NCBI RefSeq assembly: GCF_041886205.1
Contig: NZ_CP169029.1
Length of the DNA: 64,000 bases
Reading direction: 5' to 3' (one strand)
Origin: Escherichia coli
Lineage (GTDB): Bacteria > Pseudomonadota > Gammaproteobacteria > Enterobacterales > Enterobacteriaceae
This document shows, piece after piece, positions 1-10,218 of the stretch. The position numbers and the translations under genes were made by a program. The notes under the pieces were generated by a model that saw only the letters and a list, made by a program, of their open reading frames with translations, did not search any database and was not told the origin of the DNA. Each line of letters begins with the position of its first letter. Within the stretch, counting starts at the first letter, position 1.

Positions 1-710
1 CTGATTAGCCACTGCACGGTTACGGTCTGCATATTCACCGGGCCAGTAACCCGCACCTTTTCGGGGAGGGATAAGCGCGCTGATTTTCTTACGCCGCAGT
101 TCATCGTGACATAGCCGGGTATCGTAAGCGCCATCGGCGGCGGCTGACCTGATTTTCCGGTGGGTTTGCCGGATTAACCCGGGGAAGGCCTCTGAGTCCG
201 TAACGTTGTTCAGCGACAGGTCAGCGCAGATGATTTCATGTGTTTTACTGTCAACGGCGAGATGCAGCTTACGCCAGATACGGCGGCGTTCCTGGCCATG
301 CTTTTTGACTTTCCACTCGCCTTCACCGAAGACCTTCAGCCCGGTGGAATCAATTACCAGGTGTGCGATTTCACCCCGGGTGGGCGTTTTGAAACTGACA
401 TTAACCGACTTTGCCCGCCTGCTGACACAGCTGTAATCCGGGCAGCGTAGCGGAACGTTCATCAGAGAAAAAATGGAATCAATAAAGCCCTGCGCAGCGC
501 GCAGGGTCAGCCTGAATACGCGTTTAATGACCAGCACAGTCGTGATGGCAAGGTCAGAATAGCGCTGAGGTCTGCCTCGTGAAGAAGGTGTTGCTGACTC
601 ATACCAGGCCTGAATAGCTTCATCATCCAGCCAGAAAGTTATGGAGCCACGGTTGATGAGGGCTTTATTGTAGGTGGGCCAGTTGGTGATTTTGAACTTT
701 TGCTTTGCCA
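1..710 (-). CDS. IS903-family transposase, 3' end truncated by window edge (GTG start at 710)
   Basis: Minus-strand translation VAKQKFKITNWPTYNKALINRGS...DGAYDTRLCHDELRRKKISALIPPRKGAGYWPGEYADRNRAVANQ matches IS903 transposase as recalled; not in ORF track because it runs off the window. Confidence 0.8.
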
Positions 711-788
711 CGGAACGGTCTGCGTTGTCGGGAAGATACGTGATCTGATCCTTCAACTCAGCAAAAGTTCGATTTATTCAACAAAGCC
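1..788 (-). mobile_element. IS903-like insertion sequence (IS5 family), one end only; continues beyond window start
   Basis: Terminal inverted repeat GGCTTTGTTGAATAAATCGAACTTTTGCTGAG read on minus strand at 757-788; transposase ORF immediately inside. Confidence 0.8.
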
Positions 789-843
789 GTGCTTTGGCTG
801 AGGAACAGCATTAAATTCAACCATTTTATTCATAGGGATTAAA

Positions 844-1848
844 ATGCAAGATACAGACGTTTACGTATACATAGGCGATGTTCACCGCTCTGGTCATCAC
901 GACATCACCAAAGCGATTAAAGAAAGAAAAACTAACCATGGTTTACAAAAAAATGTTCTTTTTTGCGTCGCTACCTATGGCGGTGATCCCAGCGCAGGAT
1001 ATAGAATTGGCCGCGCTTTGCAACACAACTATGAACACATCACCGTTCTAGTTGTTGGCCCTTGCAAAAGTGCTGGAACCTTGATGGCTGTCGCCGCTCA
1101 TAAGCTCGTGATTGGTGATATGGGTGAGCTTGGTCCTCTAGACATCCAACTTAAGAAAAATGATGAGATCGGCGAATTGAGCTCGGGCCTTGTTATCGCA
1201 ACGGCGATTGATGAAATAAAAGAGTGCGCTATTTCGACCTTTAGATCATACGTACTTGATATAAAGTACAGAAACCAAATTAGCACGAAGATGTCTGCAG
1301 ATATTGCTGCTAAGCTTACTGAAGCAATCATATCGCCGATGGCCTCACAGATAGACCCCATCAAACTCGGGGAGCATCAACGAGCAATGAACATAGCGCT
1401 TTCCTATGGGGAGCGTTTGAATAGTCACTCGAAAAATCTTAAGGAAAGCTCCTTAGGCAAGTTGATCGCTGGATATCCAGCCCATGGTTTTGTGATAGAC
1501 CGTAAAGAGGCGAGGGAACTATTCAACCATGTTGAGAGTCCTACAGACTTTGCAGCCAACCTGTACGAAGTTCTTGGTGAGATGATTTCGTCAGGCGAAA
1601 TCTCTATCTTCGACAAACCGGTGATTAAAGATTTAACTCCTAAAAAACAATATGAAACAACTAACGCAGAGGAAGATTCCCATGACAACAGCAGAATTCA
1701 GGAAGGAGATGAAATCTCTGACCAAAATTCAGGAAGAGCAGAACCGCCAAGGGATGAACCTGTCCAGGGAAGCGATGGAAAACATGCGGAAATTGAAGAA
1801 GAGGCTGGAACCTTACCAGCAGAGCAACCAGATGAAGGCACTCAGTGA
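844..1848 (+). CDS. ClpP/S49-fold serine peptidase-like protein with long acidic C-terminal tail (cargo gene)
   Basis: 334-aa ORF; N-terminal region with GPCKSAGT motif resembling the ClpP nucleophile loop; C-terminus rich in D/E; AT-rich relative to flanks. Confidence 0.45.
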   Translation: MQDTDVYVYIGDVHRSGHHDITKAIKERKTNHGLQKNVLFCVATYGGDPSAGYRIGRALQHNYEHITVLVVGPCKSAGTLMAVAAHKLVIGDMGELGPLDIQLKKNDEIGELSSGLVIATAIDEIKECAISTFRSYVLDIKYRNQISTKMSADIAAKLTEAIISPMASQIDPIKLGEHQRAMNIALSYGERLNSHSKNLKESSLGKLIAGYPAHGFVIDRKEARELFNHVESPTDFAANLYEVLGEMISSGEISIFDKPVIKDLTPKKQYETTNAEEDSHDNSRIQEGDEISDQNSGRAEPPRDEPVQGSDGKHAEIEEEAGTLPAEQPDEGTQ

Positions 1849-1871
1849 ATATTGTAGTTTCTGATTGAGGA

Positions 1872-1900
1872 CCTCGGCTACTACGCCGGGGTCTCTTTTT
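1872..1900 (+). terminator. Putative intrinsic terminator downstream of 844-1848
   Basis: GC stem ~7 bp (cctcggc / gccgggg) with 6-nt loop followed by tctcttttt. Confidence 0.45.
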
Positions 1901-2280
1901 ACATCACTGGGCAGTCATCAAACTCCGCATTCCTAGCATCGTGATGATGTACGTGATTGCTCCGAATATTGAGTGTGAGTAATTGTAGCCACCACCATCA
2001 TCTGGCAGTGCTTCCGTTCTCCAGATTTATCAGGTGGGACTAAGGATGAGTACGATATCGCTTAATCCTGAAACTCCATTTCAGACAGGGACCCTATTAC
2101 AGACCGAAAGACCACAGATAAGTAGTTTGTTCATAAATTAATGCGTAGAATCAATAACGGCTGGAAATCATTCAATACTCGCACTATCGAAAGTTCGCCA
2201 GCCAGCCGCAGCACGTTCTTGCATACGACGTGGCTGCGGCTTCCAACATTAGACAAATAACTCTTTAAATTGCTTTTAAA

Positions 2281-2844
2281 TTATTTCGTTTGAATGCCAG
2301 TAACAGGAAATCGTTTATATAGGGTTGATAGCCCAACGTTATAGATACGTGCAACATAACGCCGTGATTTCCCTGCCGCTATGAGCGCTCCCATCTGTTG
2401 CCACTGCTCGTCGCTAAACTTCGGTCTACGCCCACCAATCCGGCCTTTGGATCTGGCAATAGCCAAACCAGCTAAAGTTCGCTCGCTATTCAAATCAGAT
2501 TCATACTGCGCAGCAGAAAGAATATTACGGAAATTATAGCGACCACTTGCTGTTTTCAGGTCTACACCATCTGTAATACTCCGAAAATTAACGCCTTTTT
2601 CGTGCAGATTTTGAAACATCAATAGCGCATGTAGCACATTTCTCCCTATCCGATCTAGCTTCCAGACAATCAACTCATCTCCACTTTTCATCACCGAAAT
2701 TAATTCCTTTAACACAGGGCGATTAGCTGTTCTGCCACTGGCATATTCTTCATAAATTCGCTCACAGCCAGCTGACTCAAGTGCAAGACGTTGCAACTCT
2801 GTATCCTGATGATTTGTTGATACACGAACATACCCGTAAATCAT
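2281..2844 (-). CDS. Serine-recombinase DNA invertase (Pin/Gin/Hin family)
   Basis: 187 aa; N-terminus MIYGYVRVSTNHQDTELQ with catalytic-Ser motif; C-terminal HTH; adjacent to inverted crossover sites. Confidence 0.9.
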   Translation of the reverse strand: MIYGYVRVSTNHQDTELQRLALESAGCERIYEEYASGRTANRPVLKELISVMKSGDELIVWKLDRIGRNVLHALLMFQNLHEKGVNFRSITDGVDLKTASGRYNFRNILSAAQYESDLNSERTLAGLAIARSKGRIGGRRPKFSDEQWQQMGALIAAGKSRRYVARIYNVGLSTLYKRFPVTGIQTK

Positions 2845-2903
2845 GAGTGCTTCTCCTGTTGTAAAAACAGGAGAAGAGGCGAAATATCACCTGATTCAGA
2901 AAA

Positions 2904-2929
2904 ATATTTGAAAGGTTGGTTTGGGAGAA
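2904..2929. other. Invertase crossover site A (gix/hix-like 12+2+12)
   Basis: atatttgaaagg-tt-ggtttgggagaa; inverted copy of the site at 4814-4839 (15 nt identical in reverse complement) with matching AA/TT core. Confidence 0.7.
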
Positions 2930-3415
2930 GGCTCAGCGTTACCCGTTGGTGTGCCTGTTCCGTGGCCTTCAGCCACACCACCAACAGGCTGGCTGAAATG
3001 CAACGGTGCACCTTTTTCTGCCGAAGAGTACCCAAAACTGGCAAAGGCTTACCCAAAGTTAAAATTACCGGATTTGCGCGGTGAGTTTATTCGCGGGTGG
3101 GATGATGGGCGAGGTGTTGATTCCGCGAGACTGCTGCTTTCAAGTCAGGCAGCATCTATCCTTGAACATAACCATGAAATGCATGGATGGACAGGGAACC
3201 CACTCATGGCTAGAGATGTTGGTGAATTAGGTACATCATCCGTATTTGCGGTGCAGTTGAGCATTGGCGATGGCGGGTTATTGTATTCGTGGAAGGATGG
3301 GAGTGGAACAACAAATGACAGTAAACGAATGGATAGAACAAATCATGTCAGTTCCGGCGCCGGTGATGGTAGCCCGCGAAACATTGCATTTAACTACATT
3401 GTGAGGGCTGCATAA
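2921..3415 (+). CDS. Alternative tail-fibre C-terminal variable segment (promoterless in current orientation; fused to constant part after inversion)
   Basis: ORF begins inside crossover site A; GLGEGSALPVGVPVPWPSATPPTGWLKCNGAPF tail-fibre C-terminal motifs. Confidence 0.65.
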   Translation: MGEGSALPVGVPVPWPSATPPTGWLKCNGAPFSAEEYPKLAKAYPKLKLPDLRGEFIRGWDDGRGVDSARLLLSSQAASILEHNHEMHGWTGNPLMARDVGELGTSSVFAVQLSIGDGGLLYSWKDGSGTTNDSKRMDRTNHVSSGAGDGSPRNIAFNYIVRAA

Positions 3416-4018
3416 ATGGAACAGGCTATTTTGGGAAAAGACGGTTACGCTTTAAATGATGGGGAAATCATCGTACATAACTATGATGGCGAAACGCGGG
3501 AATATATTTCTACATCAACTGAATATCTCGCTGTCGGAGTCGGTATCCCGGCATGTTCCTGTCTGGATGCACCAGGTACACATAAAGCTGGTTATGCAAT
3601 CTGTCGCTCTGTAGATTTAAATTCATGGGAATATGTGCCAGACCATCGCGGTGAAACGGTCTATAGCACCAAAACAGGAGAATCAAAAGAAATCACCGCT
3701 CCGGGTGATTACCCTGAAAATACAACCACTATCGCCCCATTAACGCCATACGATAAATGGGATGGTGAGAAATGGGTGACCGATACTGAGGCACAGCATA
3801 GCGCCGCAGTAGACGCGGCAGAAGCACAGCGCCAGTCACTGATTGATGCTGCAATGGCTTCCATTAGTCTGATTCAACTGAAATTGCAGGCCGGACGTAA
3901 ACTGACGCAGGCAGAAACAACCAGACTTAACGCTGTGCTGGATTACATTGACGCGGTGACGGCAACAGATACCAGCACCGCGCCGGATGTCATCTGGCCT
4001 GAACTGCCGGAGGCGTAG
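3416..4018 (+). CDS. Tail fibre assembly protein (alternative cassette, Tfa')
   Basis: 200 aa, starts 1 nt after the variable segment; C-terminal ...PDVIWPELPEA typical of Tfa family. Confidence 0.7.
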   Translation: MEQAILGKDGYALNDGEIIVHNYDGETREYISTSTEYLAVGVGIPACSCLDAPGTHKAGYAICRSVDLNSWEYVPDHRGETVYSTKTGESKEITAPGDYPENTTTIAPLTPYDKWDGEKWVTDTEAQHSAAVDAAEAQRQSLIDAAMASISLIQLKLQAGRKLTQAETTRLNAVLDYIDAVTATDTSTAPDVIWPELPEA

Positions 4019-4442
4019 GCCATTCAATATCTGGCGCACTGGAGGTATCAACCAGCTCCAGTGCATCCAGATAATCCAGCCACAAATTATATTGCGCCAG
4101 TTCCTCACCTTTCAGACGACCAATAGCGGCTTTACCGGGCCATTGCTTACTGTTCATGTATTCGTTGGCCTGGTTAATTAGTAGCTGTCTTTCTGATTCA
4201 GTAATTTCAATAAGCTCTTCATGCGTGGGTGGAGGAATATCTGCCCACGCAGGCAGCCCATCATCTCCGGCAATACGGATTTTTCCTTGTGGCGGTTCAG
4301 CCATAAACTCACTGATAATATTTTGATTTACTTCCTTAGCGTCTGATAAATCCCATCCCTCTGATTTATATTTATCAATCATATCCACAGGGAAAAAAGC
4401 ATTATGCCTTGCGCTATAAACATATTCGTTCATATAAATCAC
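3990..4442 (-). CDS. Tail fibre assembly protein (Tfa, active cassette)
   Basis: 150 aa; C-terminal ...PDIEWPTPP; 3' end overlaps convergent tfa' by 29 nt. Confidence 0.75.
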   Translation of the reverse strand: MIYMNEYVYSARHNAFFPVDMIDKYKSEGWDLSDAKEVNQNIISEFMAEPPQGKIRIAGDDGLPAWADIPPPTHEELIEITESERQLLINQANEYMNSKQWPGKAAIGRLKGEELAQYNLWLDYLDALELVDTSSAPDIEWPTPPAVQAR

Positions 4443-4453
4443 CCTGAATAAAA

Positions 4454-5116
4454 TTACTCACCAACAGCCCACCAACTGTAATTCATCGATACCGTGTCGC
4501 TGGTTGATGACGTTCTGTAAGCAGAATTAAAGCCGGTTAACGTTGGGCCTTCTGCAGTCATCACGAACCCTCGCCCAGCGCCTAAAGGCGCACCGCCATC
4601 ACCAGAATGAGTAAGCATGGCGCAGTCCGCTTTTTTGGGGAAAGGGATGCTGAATGTAATTCTCATTGTTTGCGTCGATAATGTCGGCGTAACCGCACCA
4701 CGACCATATTGCAGGATTTTCCCGTTGGGTAATTTCATCCATCCATCACCACTGGCAAAAGAGGCCATGTCCGGTATCTGATTTTCCCCTGTCCCCACAT
4801 CCCGTTTTGCCGCTTCTCCCAAACCAAGGTTTTCGAGAGCCGTTTTCACCGTGCCATCCGATTTGATATCGCCAAACGGATTCTTGCGGCTTAACAGCAG
4901 CGCACGAAGCGCGGTAAGCAGCTGGTCATGCCGCCCCTTCTCCAGGCTGGCACCGGATGCCTCCACCACGCTGCAAAGTTCCTCCTGCAACATGTCAAAG
5001 TAGTCATCATCCAGATCGGTGGCAGGCGTGCCGGTCTGGGGGTTACCACGGGTAAAACCGTTCTTACCCGCGCCGAACTTATCCTTCTGCGCGGTTTTCG
5101 TGTCTATACGATGCAT
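4454..5116 (-). CDS. Tail fibre protein (constant N-terminal part + current variable C-terminus)
   Basis: 220 aa; crossover site B lies in frame inside the gene (encodes [11 protein letters not shown]). Confidence 0.7.
   Translation of the reverse strand: MHRIDTKTAQKDKFGAGKNGFTRGNPQTGTPATDLDDDYFDMLQEELCSVVEASGASLEKGRHDQLLTALRALLLSRKNPFGDIKSDGTVKTALENLGLGEAAKRDVGTGENQIPDMASFASGDGWMKLPNGKILQYGRGAVTPTLSTQTMRITFSIPFPKKADCAMLTHSGDGGAPLGAGRGFVMTAEGPTLTGFNSAYRTSSTSDTVSMNYSWWAVGE
4814..4839. other. Invertase crossover site B (gix/hix-like)
   Basis: ttctcccaaacc-aa-ggttttcgagag, close to recalled gix/hix consensus; inside tail fibre gene. Confidence 0.7.
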
Positions 5117-5119
5117 GAA

Positions 5120-5704
5120 TTACTCCGGATATTTAAAAATTACGTAGGTATGCGACGGGCAGAGTTTGTTAAGCACACACTCGACAACGGTGTCGCCCCA
5201 GATACGCAGTGCGGAATCACAGGGATCGCCACATGTCATCCAGGTGGTGTTGGTGGCGGCTGGCATGTTGACCTGCCAGTAATACCGCCATTCCGGCGCA
5301 TTCACAGCGTCAGTGCAGGCTGATGAGCAGGTGAACGTGCTTTTGTCGTATCGCGTGATGGTAGCGTCTGGTCTGCCCAGGGCAGCAAGCTGTGCAAGAT
5401 AAAAATCCTCGTTGATGCCGCCCGCCAGGTTAACCTTCGCATCCAGCCGTTGCTGACGCTGGCGAAGGGTCTGTGTCCCTGCGGGAATACATTCATCCGG
5501 CAGACCGCACAGACGCTCCCAGCGGTTTATCAGTTCAGTGGTGGTGCGCGGATCCAGCTCCCGCATCAGGGCATCCGCACGCTGATGAACGCGGGTTAAT
5601 GACGGTGCCGCACCGGCAATCGCCGGATCGCTGGCTGACCACGCCGGACCGGGGGGCAACAGTGCCGACAACAGACGGATGTAATCATCGTTTGTCACGT
5701 CCAT
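5120..5704 (-). CDS. Mu gp48-like tail protein (YmfQ/DUF2313-like)
   Basis: 194 aa; position between baseplate J and tail fibre. Confidence 0.55.
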   Translation of the reverse strand: MDVTNDDYIRLLSALLPPGPAWSASDPAIAGAAPSLTRVHQRADALMRELDPRTTTELINRWERLCGLPDECIPAGTQTLRQRQQRLDAKVNLAGGINEDFYLAQLAALGRPDATITRYDKSTFTCSSACTDAVNAPEWRYYWQVNMPAATNTTWMTCGDPCDSALRIWGDTVVECVLNKLCPSHTYVIFKYPE

Positions 5705-6753
5705 GAAATCGTCCCCAGTACCGCCAGTTCATTTTTTGCAATGGAGATATTGTCTGCCGGTGCAAGCAACTGATGGCTGTATTCCCCGTTCGCACCGGAA
5801 ATCGCTTCACTGATACGCGACACCTTCAGTTCTCCCTGCGGATAACCATCACGCAGCAGGAACGAACGCAACTCGGCGGTGATGGCAGCCCGTATTTCTG
5901 GTGTATCCGGCGTCACACGGATATGAAAATCCACCGTATGCGCCACCGGCCTGAACACATACAAATCAGAGCCTGCCACCGGGGCCAGTGGCTCGATATG
6001 CAGCCTTGCCGCCGTTTCCGTTGATTCTTCCGGAATGGGATTAATCAGGTCGCTGCTGGCAATCATCACACCGACAGTCCCCGTTCCCATCCAGTGTCGG
6101 TATGTCCATGCGCGGGTAATGCCGGGAACTTCTTTAGCCCAGACGACATAGTCCCCGTCAGCCCCGCCCTGAGGCGTCCAGTAATACCGCTCAATGACGC
6201 GGGCGCGCCACATTTCCAGCTCTTCAGTATCAAATCCACCTGTCAGTGTATCTGCCACGCCGGAAGACGGCAGACCATTCACCGGCGTGACCAGGATTAA
6301 TGACGTACCGTCGTCAGCGTTACCGACCGCGCCTGCACTTGAGCAGGCGATCGGCACGCGCAGGACACCACCGGAGCTGGTTGCATCGGCAGTTGCCGTG
6401 TACTGCACCAGGTCATCGCGCTGAATAACACTCCCGGCGGTCACCTTCAGGCCATCGCTGACACCTTCCCAGCGCATATACCCGCTGGCAGCCGTGGCCC
6501 CCTTGCGCGGACACCGTTTCATCGCAGCATGTCGCGCCAGCCAGGACTCATCGCACAAGTCAGGCAGCATGTTCATTGCCAGATAATCGATGTACCCGTA
6601 AACCGTATGCAGCGCCGCCGCATACACCTTTGCCCGCACGTCTTCATCCATGCGCCGGAGCGTGTCGCTGACGTCCAGCCTGGCGAATAAATCGTTACGG
6701 AGCATACTGATATTTTCTGCCAGCGTCGGGCGCTGAAATTCACTGTCCGCCAT
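5695..6753 (-). CDS. Baseplate J-like protein (Mu gp47-like)
   Basis: 352 aa; position and size; overlapping start/stop with neighbours. Confidence 0.7.
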   Translation of the reverse strand: MADSEFQRPTLAENISMLRNDLFARLDVSDTLRRMDEDVRAKVYAAALHTVYGYIDYLAMNMLPDLCDESWLARHAAMKRCPRKGATAASGYMRWEGVSDGLKVTAGSVIQRDDLVQYTATADATSSGGVLRVPIACSSAGAVGNADDGTSLILVTPVNGLPSSGVADTLTGGFDTEELEMWRARVIERYYWTPQGGADGDYVVWAKEVPGITRAWTYRHWMGTGTVGVMIASSDLINPIPEESTETAARLHIEPLAPVAGSDLYVFRPVAHTVDFHIRVTPDTPEIRAAITAELRSFLLRDGYPQGELKVSRISEAISGANGEYSHQLLAPADNISIAKNELAVLGTISWT

Positions 6754-7168
6754 GCGTTATCGCACTCCACAGATCATCAAAAGAAATCATTACCGGTCCG
6801 TCACGACGCCAGAGAGTGATACTGTTACCCAGTTCATTAATCCCGGTGCGGCGGATATCCAGATCAATACGGGACACCACGCCATCATCAATCATCCATT
6901 GCAGGCATTCGCGGATATACCCCCTTACCGTCTGCACCAGCTGATTGGTCAGTTTGCTGCGCTGAAGCAGCCACAGTCGGGAGCCGTAACGGTCATTCTG
7001 TACCGCAGGCCAGGTATCCCCCCACCATCCCATCGGGACGCCGGCGTTGTCATCAGGCTCCGCCCGCCGCCAGGTAAACAGGGAAATCACCACGGCGCGG
7101 GTCAGCGGATCCAGCGGTGCGCTGGCGCAGGTGCGTTTACCGTTCACCGTCAGCCACAGTTCCATCAT
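6740..7168 (-). CDS. Mu gp46-like baseplate protein
   Basis: 142 aa; synteny within Mu-like baseplate cluster. Confidence 0.55.
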   Translation of the reverse strand: MMELWLTVNGKRTCASAPLDPLTRAVVISLFTWRRAEPDDNAGVPMGWWGDTWPAVQNDRYGSRLWLLQRSKLTNQLVQTVRGYIRECLQWMIDDGVVSRIDLDIRRTGINELGNSITLWRRDGPVMISFDDLWSAITHGGQ

Positions 7169-7713
7169 GCCTCCATCGCTTTATCAGGTTTGTCGGTGTT
7201 ACTGCCCTGACCGTTCTCTCTGTGACGATGCCCGTTATAGGCAAGCCGCATCGCTGACATGGTGGTGCCGCCGGAGTCGCACAGGTCTTTCACCTGTCCT
7301 GTCACTTCCAGGTCCATTTCAAAACGTGCCTTAGGCGCATTGCGAAACGTGATCGTTTTACCAGCACCGTCCACCACGATCCCCTCCCGGGTCAGCGTCA
7401 CGGACTGCCCCTGATCGTCATAGACAGCCACCTCCCCAGTCTGCAGCCCTTTCAGGCGGTAGCGACGGTCCGACACCGTAACAACCACCGCATGAGAACG
7501 GTCGCCATCCGGAAACAACACCACCGCTTCCGCACCGCTGTTTGCCCTTGCGGTAAAACCGTAGGGTTCAAGATGTTCAACCCCGGCTTTGGGTTCACCG
7601 GCAATCAGGGACACATCCACGGTCTGACATTTCGTGGCGGCACTGATGCTTTTCACCACGGCCCGCCCAATCAGGCCGAGGAGTTGTCGCTGCATGGCTT
7701 CAATCGTCCTCAT
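7165..7713 (-). CDS. Baseplate assembly protein V / spike (Mu gp45-like)
   Basis: 182 aa; synteny. Confidence 0.6.
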   Translation of the reverse strand: MRTIEAMQRQLLGLIGRAVVKSISAATKCQTVDVSLIAGEPKAGVEHLEPYGFTARANSGAEAVVLFPDGDRSHAVVVTVSDRRYRLKGLQTGEVAVYDDQGQSVTLTREGIVVDGAGKTITFRNAPKARFEMDLEVTGQVKDLCDSGGTTMSAMRLAYNGHRHRENGQGSNTDKPDKAMEA

Positions 7714-8792
7714 CAGAACGGGTCCTCCTGTACTCTGGCTTTTTTCTTTTTCCGCGCGCCGGGGTCTTCAGGTTCAGGCAGATAAGCATCAGGCGGGCCG
7801 ACACGGATTTCCGTCAGGGTGCCGTTCTGGTCCTGAGTAAACGTGACTTCCGAAACAAGCAGTTCGGTATTTTCGAAACCACAGACCGGATCAAAGACAA
7901 TCACCCGCTGGTTGGGCTGCCACAGCGTACCGTTACCCTGTCGCCAGCCCTGCACCACATAGGTGGTTTCATCCGTCCGCGCCGCCCGTTGTCGGGCTTC
8001 AAAGTCCGCACGGGCAATACAGCCTGCCCCCGTAGCCTGCCCTGTCTGCCTGATATACATCGGACGGTAACGGGCAATAAATGCGTCCTCTGTGCGGGCC
8101 CGCAGCGCGGTGGTGGTGGCCTCACCGAAATCATCGTCGTTTCCGGCACGCTGCCCCGCCACCTGGTAAACAGAAAACCGCTCCCGGATACTCTTCTCCG
8201 TATCGCAGGAAAGGATGTTTTCCCCAAGTACCAGCGCGGTATGTGCCCGCGTTGAGCCAATACCGCCAATCACCAGCCTGCCGTGCGGGTCGTCATAAGC
8301 CAGCGCCTGCTGCTGACCGAGTATTTTGTTAATCACCTCGATCACCGTTTCACCGTGATCAGGCTGGACATCAGGAATAACACCCGACGGCGCACCGCTG
8401 TTCACCACCTCAATACCGAAGGGCGCAGCAAGCGCCTGCGCAATCTGTACCAGTGATCGTCCGTTAAACTGTGTCGGTTCGGCTGCACAATCAATCAGGT
8501 CAGCGGTCAGACTGCGTCCGGCAATACCGGTGCTGACCGAACGGGCATCGTAACGAACGGGCGTCGCCTCCACCCAGCCGGTGATCACCAGCTCATCACC
8601 AATCAGCACCTCCACTTTTGAACCGTTTTTAATGCGCGGCTGAAGCATGGTGATACCCTCATCACCCGGCCACTGGCGAGTGATCTCCACACTGAAATCC
8701 CGCGCCAGCCGTTCAATACCGGCACCGATGCGCACCGATGTCCAGCCATTCCACTCCCGGCCATTTACCCGTAGCGTGACATTGTCGTTCAT
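7713..8792 (-). CDS. Mu gpP-like tail/baseplate hub protein
   Basis: 359 aa; follows DNA circulation protein as in Mu-like tails. Confidence 0.65.
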   Translation of the reverse strand: MNDNVTLRVNGREWNGWTSVRIGAGIERLARDFSVEITRQWPGDEGITMLQPRIKNGSKVEVLIGDELVITGWVEATPVRYDARSVSTGIAGRSLTADLIDCAAEPTQFNGRSLVQIAQALAAPFGIEVVNSGAPSGVIPDVQPDHGETVIEVINKILGQQQALAYDDPHGRLVIGGIGSTRAHTALVLGENILSCDTEKSIRERFSVYQVAGQRAGNDDDFGEATTTALRARTEDAFIARYRPMYIRQTGQATGAGCIARADFEARQRAARTDETTYVVQGWRQGNGTLWQPNQRVIVFDPVCGFENTELLVSEVTFTQDQNGTLTEIRVGPPDAYLPEPEDPGARKKKKARVQEDPF

Positions 8793-10162
8793 TGCACTGG
8801 CACCTTCAGAGGGATCACCGGCACAAAGCCGGGATGCGTAATGGCATTACGCCGGATAATGTCCGCGTCACGCGCCGCGTTATCAAACCAGGTCGCTGCC
8901 AGCACCAGCGCGGGTAAAACCTCATCCGGTGTGCGCTGAATGATCCGTGCAGACTGTTCAAGGCGCGTGTTGATATCCGCATTCAGATCTGCTTTCACCC
9001 GGCGCAGCGCCAGAAACAGCGCATCACTGGTTGTACGGGACAACTCCTTATCAATTGCCGTATTCAGTGTGTCGCGAATGTCAGTCAGTTCTTCCCACGT
9101 CGGCAGGTCAACCGTGTTTTTCACCGCCGGTGCATTGTTCAGTGCCGGATGCGTGACGGAAGGCCAGCCAGTGCTCTGCGCGGGTGTTGTTGCCTGCCCC
9201 ACTGCGGAATTCTGCATCACCGCGGAAGTTGTTGGCGCAGGCAATCGGGTGACGGCATACGCCGCTTCGCTGATTGCGGTCGTACGAAGGGTGCTGGCAA
9301 CCACGTTACGCTGCTGCGTAGCCGTGGCGGTGGTTTTACTGTCCGTTTTCCAGACGCCGCGCGGTTGCAGATCGCTGCCGAGGCTGACACCGGAAAGCGT
9401 TTTGATCATGGTGACCAGGTCGCTGGCGTTACCATAAAGGCGTTTCCCGGTACGCCACATTTTCTGCACCTGCTCAACGAAATTTTTGCCTGACGATGGC
9501 GGCGGCAGAAGTACCGAGATATCCCCCTGTAACAGCCTGGCGGCATCCGATACGGCAGAATCCACCACTTTCATCGCATCAGAAACATACCCCAGCATTA
9601 TGCTGGCATTACCGATAACGTCGTTCTGCACGAAATCCGCCACACCATCGATACTGAAACCGCTGAAGCTGTCACTGATGCAGTCATCCAGTGCAGAACA
9701 GGATGACATCAGCGTCTGCGCCGTCGCCGCACCTGATGTGGGGTAAGAGAGCTCTCCTGCTTCGACAAACTTCAGGTCAAAGCGGACAATACGTCCTTCA
9801 CTTTTCGATGTGCTGACCCGAACTTCCCCGTCAACACAGACTTTCAGCTCACCGTATGTCGGATGGACAAGCGTGCCGGGACCGGGTTTATTCAGCGCGT
9901 CAATCAGGCGATCGCGCTGGTCAAAACAGTCATCTCCCACCACATAAGCCGTGATGGACGGGCGGAAAGTGATTTTCCCCAGGTCTTCGGTATAGGGTTT
10001 GTCGCGGTTCGGGTATTCATGTGTTTCTACACGGCGACCGGTTCCCGCACTTTCTTCTTCAACCTTAAACGGCACACCTCGAAATGATGCTTCAAGTAGC
10101 TTTTCACGCCAGCCACTTCGAGAATCAGAGGATAGGTACGAAGAAATATGAGAAAAATCCAT
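8789..10162 (-). CDS. DNA circulation protein (Mu gpN-like)
   Basis: 457 aa; N-terminal ...WREKLLEASFRGVPFKVEEE...GRRVETHEYPNRDKPYTEDLG motif recalled from Mu N family. Confidence 0.75.
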   Translation of the reverse strand: MDFSHISSYLSSDSRSGWREKLLEASFRGVPFKVEEESAGTGRRVETHEYPNRDKPYTEDLGKITFRPSITAYVVGDDCFDQRDRLIDALNKPGPGTLVHPTYGELKVCVDGEVRVSTSKSEGRIVRFDLKFVEAGELSYPTSGAATAQTLMSSCSALDDCISDSFSGFSIDGVADFVQNDVIGNASIMLGYVSDAMKVVDSAVSDAARLLQGDISVLLPPPSSGKNFVEQVQKMWRTGKRLYGNASDLVTMIKTLSGVSLGSDLQPRGVWKTDSKTTATATQQRNVVASTLRTTAISEAAYAVTRLPAPTTSAVMQNSAVGQATTPAQSTGWPSVTHPALNNAPAVKNTVDLPTWEELTDIRDTLNTAIDKELSRTTSDALFLALRRVKADLNADINTRLEQSARIIQRTPDEVLPALVLAATWFDNAARDADIIRRNAITHPGFVPVIPLKVPVQ

Positions 10163-10176
10163 GGCGTCACCTCAAA

Positions 10177-10207
10177 TAAAAACCGCGTGTAAACGCGGTT
10201 TTTTATT
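10177..10207 (-). terminator. Intrinsic terminator (symmetrical, A-run/T-run flanked) after moron gene
   Basis: aaaaaccgcg-tgtaaa-cgcggtttttt perfect hairpin. Confidence 0.7.
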
Positions 10208-10218
10208 AGGTAATAAAA

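Larger units (their letters stand above)
2917..4827. other. Invertible tail-fibre host-range segment (~1.9 kb) between the two crossover sites
   Basis: Two convergent variable tail-fibre C-terminus + tfa cassettes bounded by inverted gix-like sites, invertase gene adjacent. Confidence 0.7.

Noticed and set aside
844-1848. ClpP-fold protein considered as the prophage prohead protease
   Set aside because: The head module already contains an HK97-type protease (18195-18812); this gene is 17 kb away, on the opposite strand, AT-rich and beyond the invertase, so it is cargo rather than a head-maturation gene.
1901-2280. 430-bp non-coding gap between the peptidase gene and the invertase; considered as att site or tRNA
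   Set aside because: No tRNA-like GGTTCGA-type T-arm or cloverleaf seen; only an imperfect hairpin (2196-2245) without a T-run. Probably the invertase downstream region.
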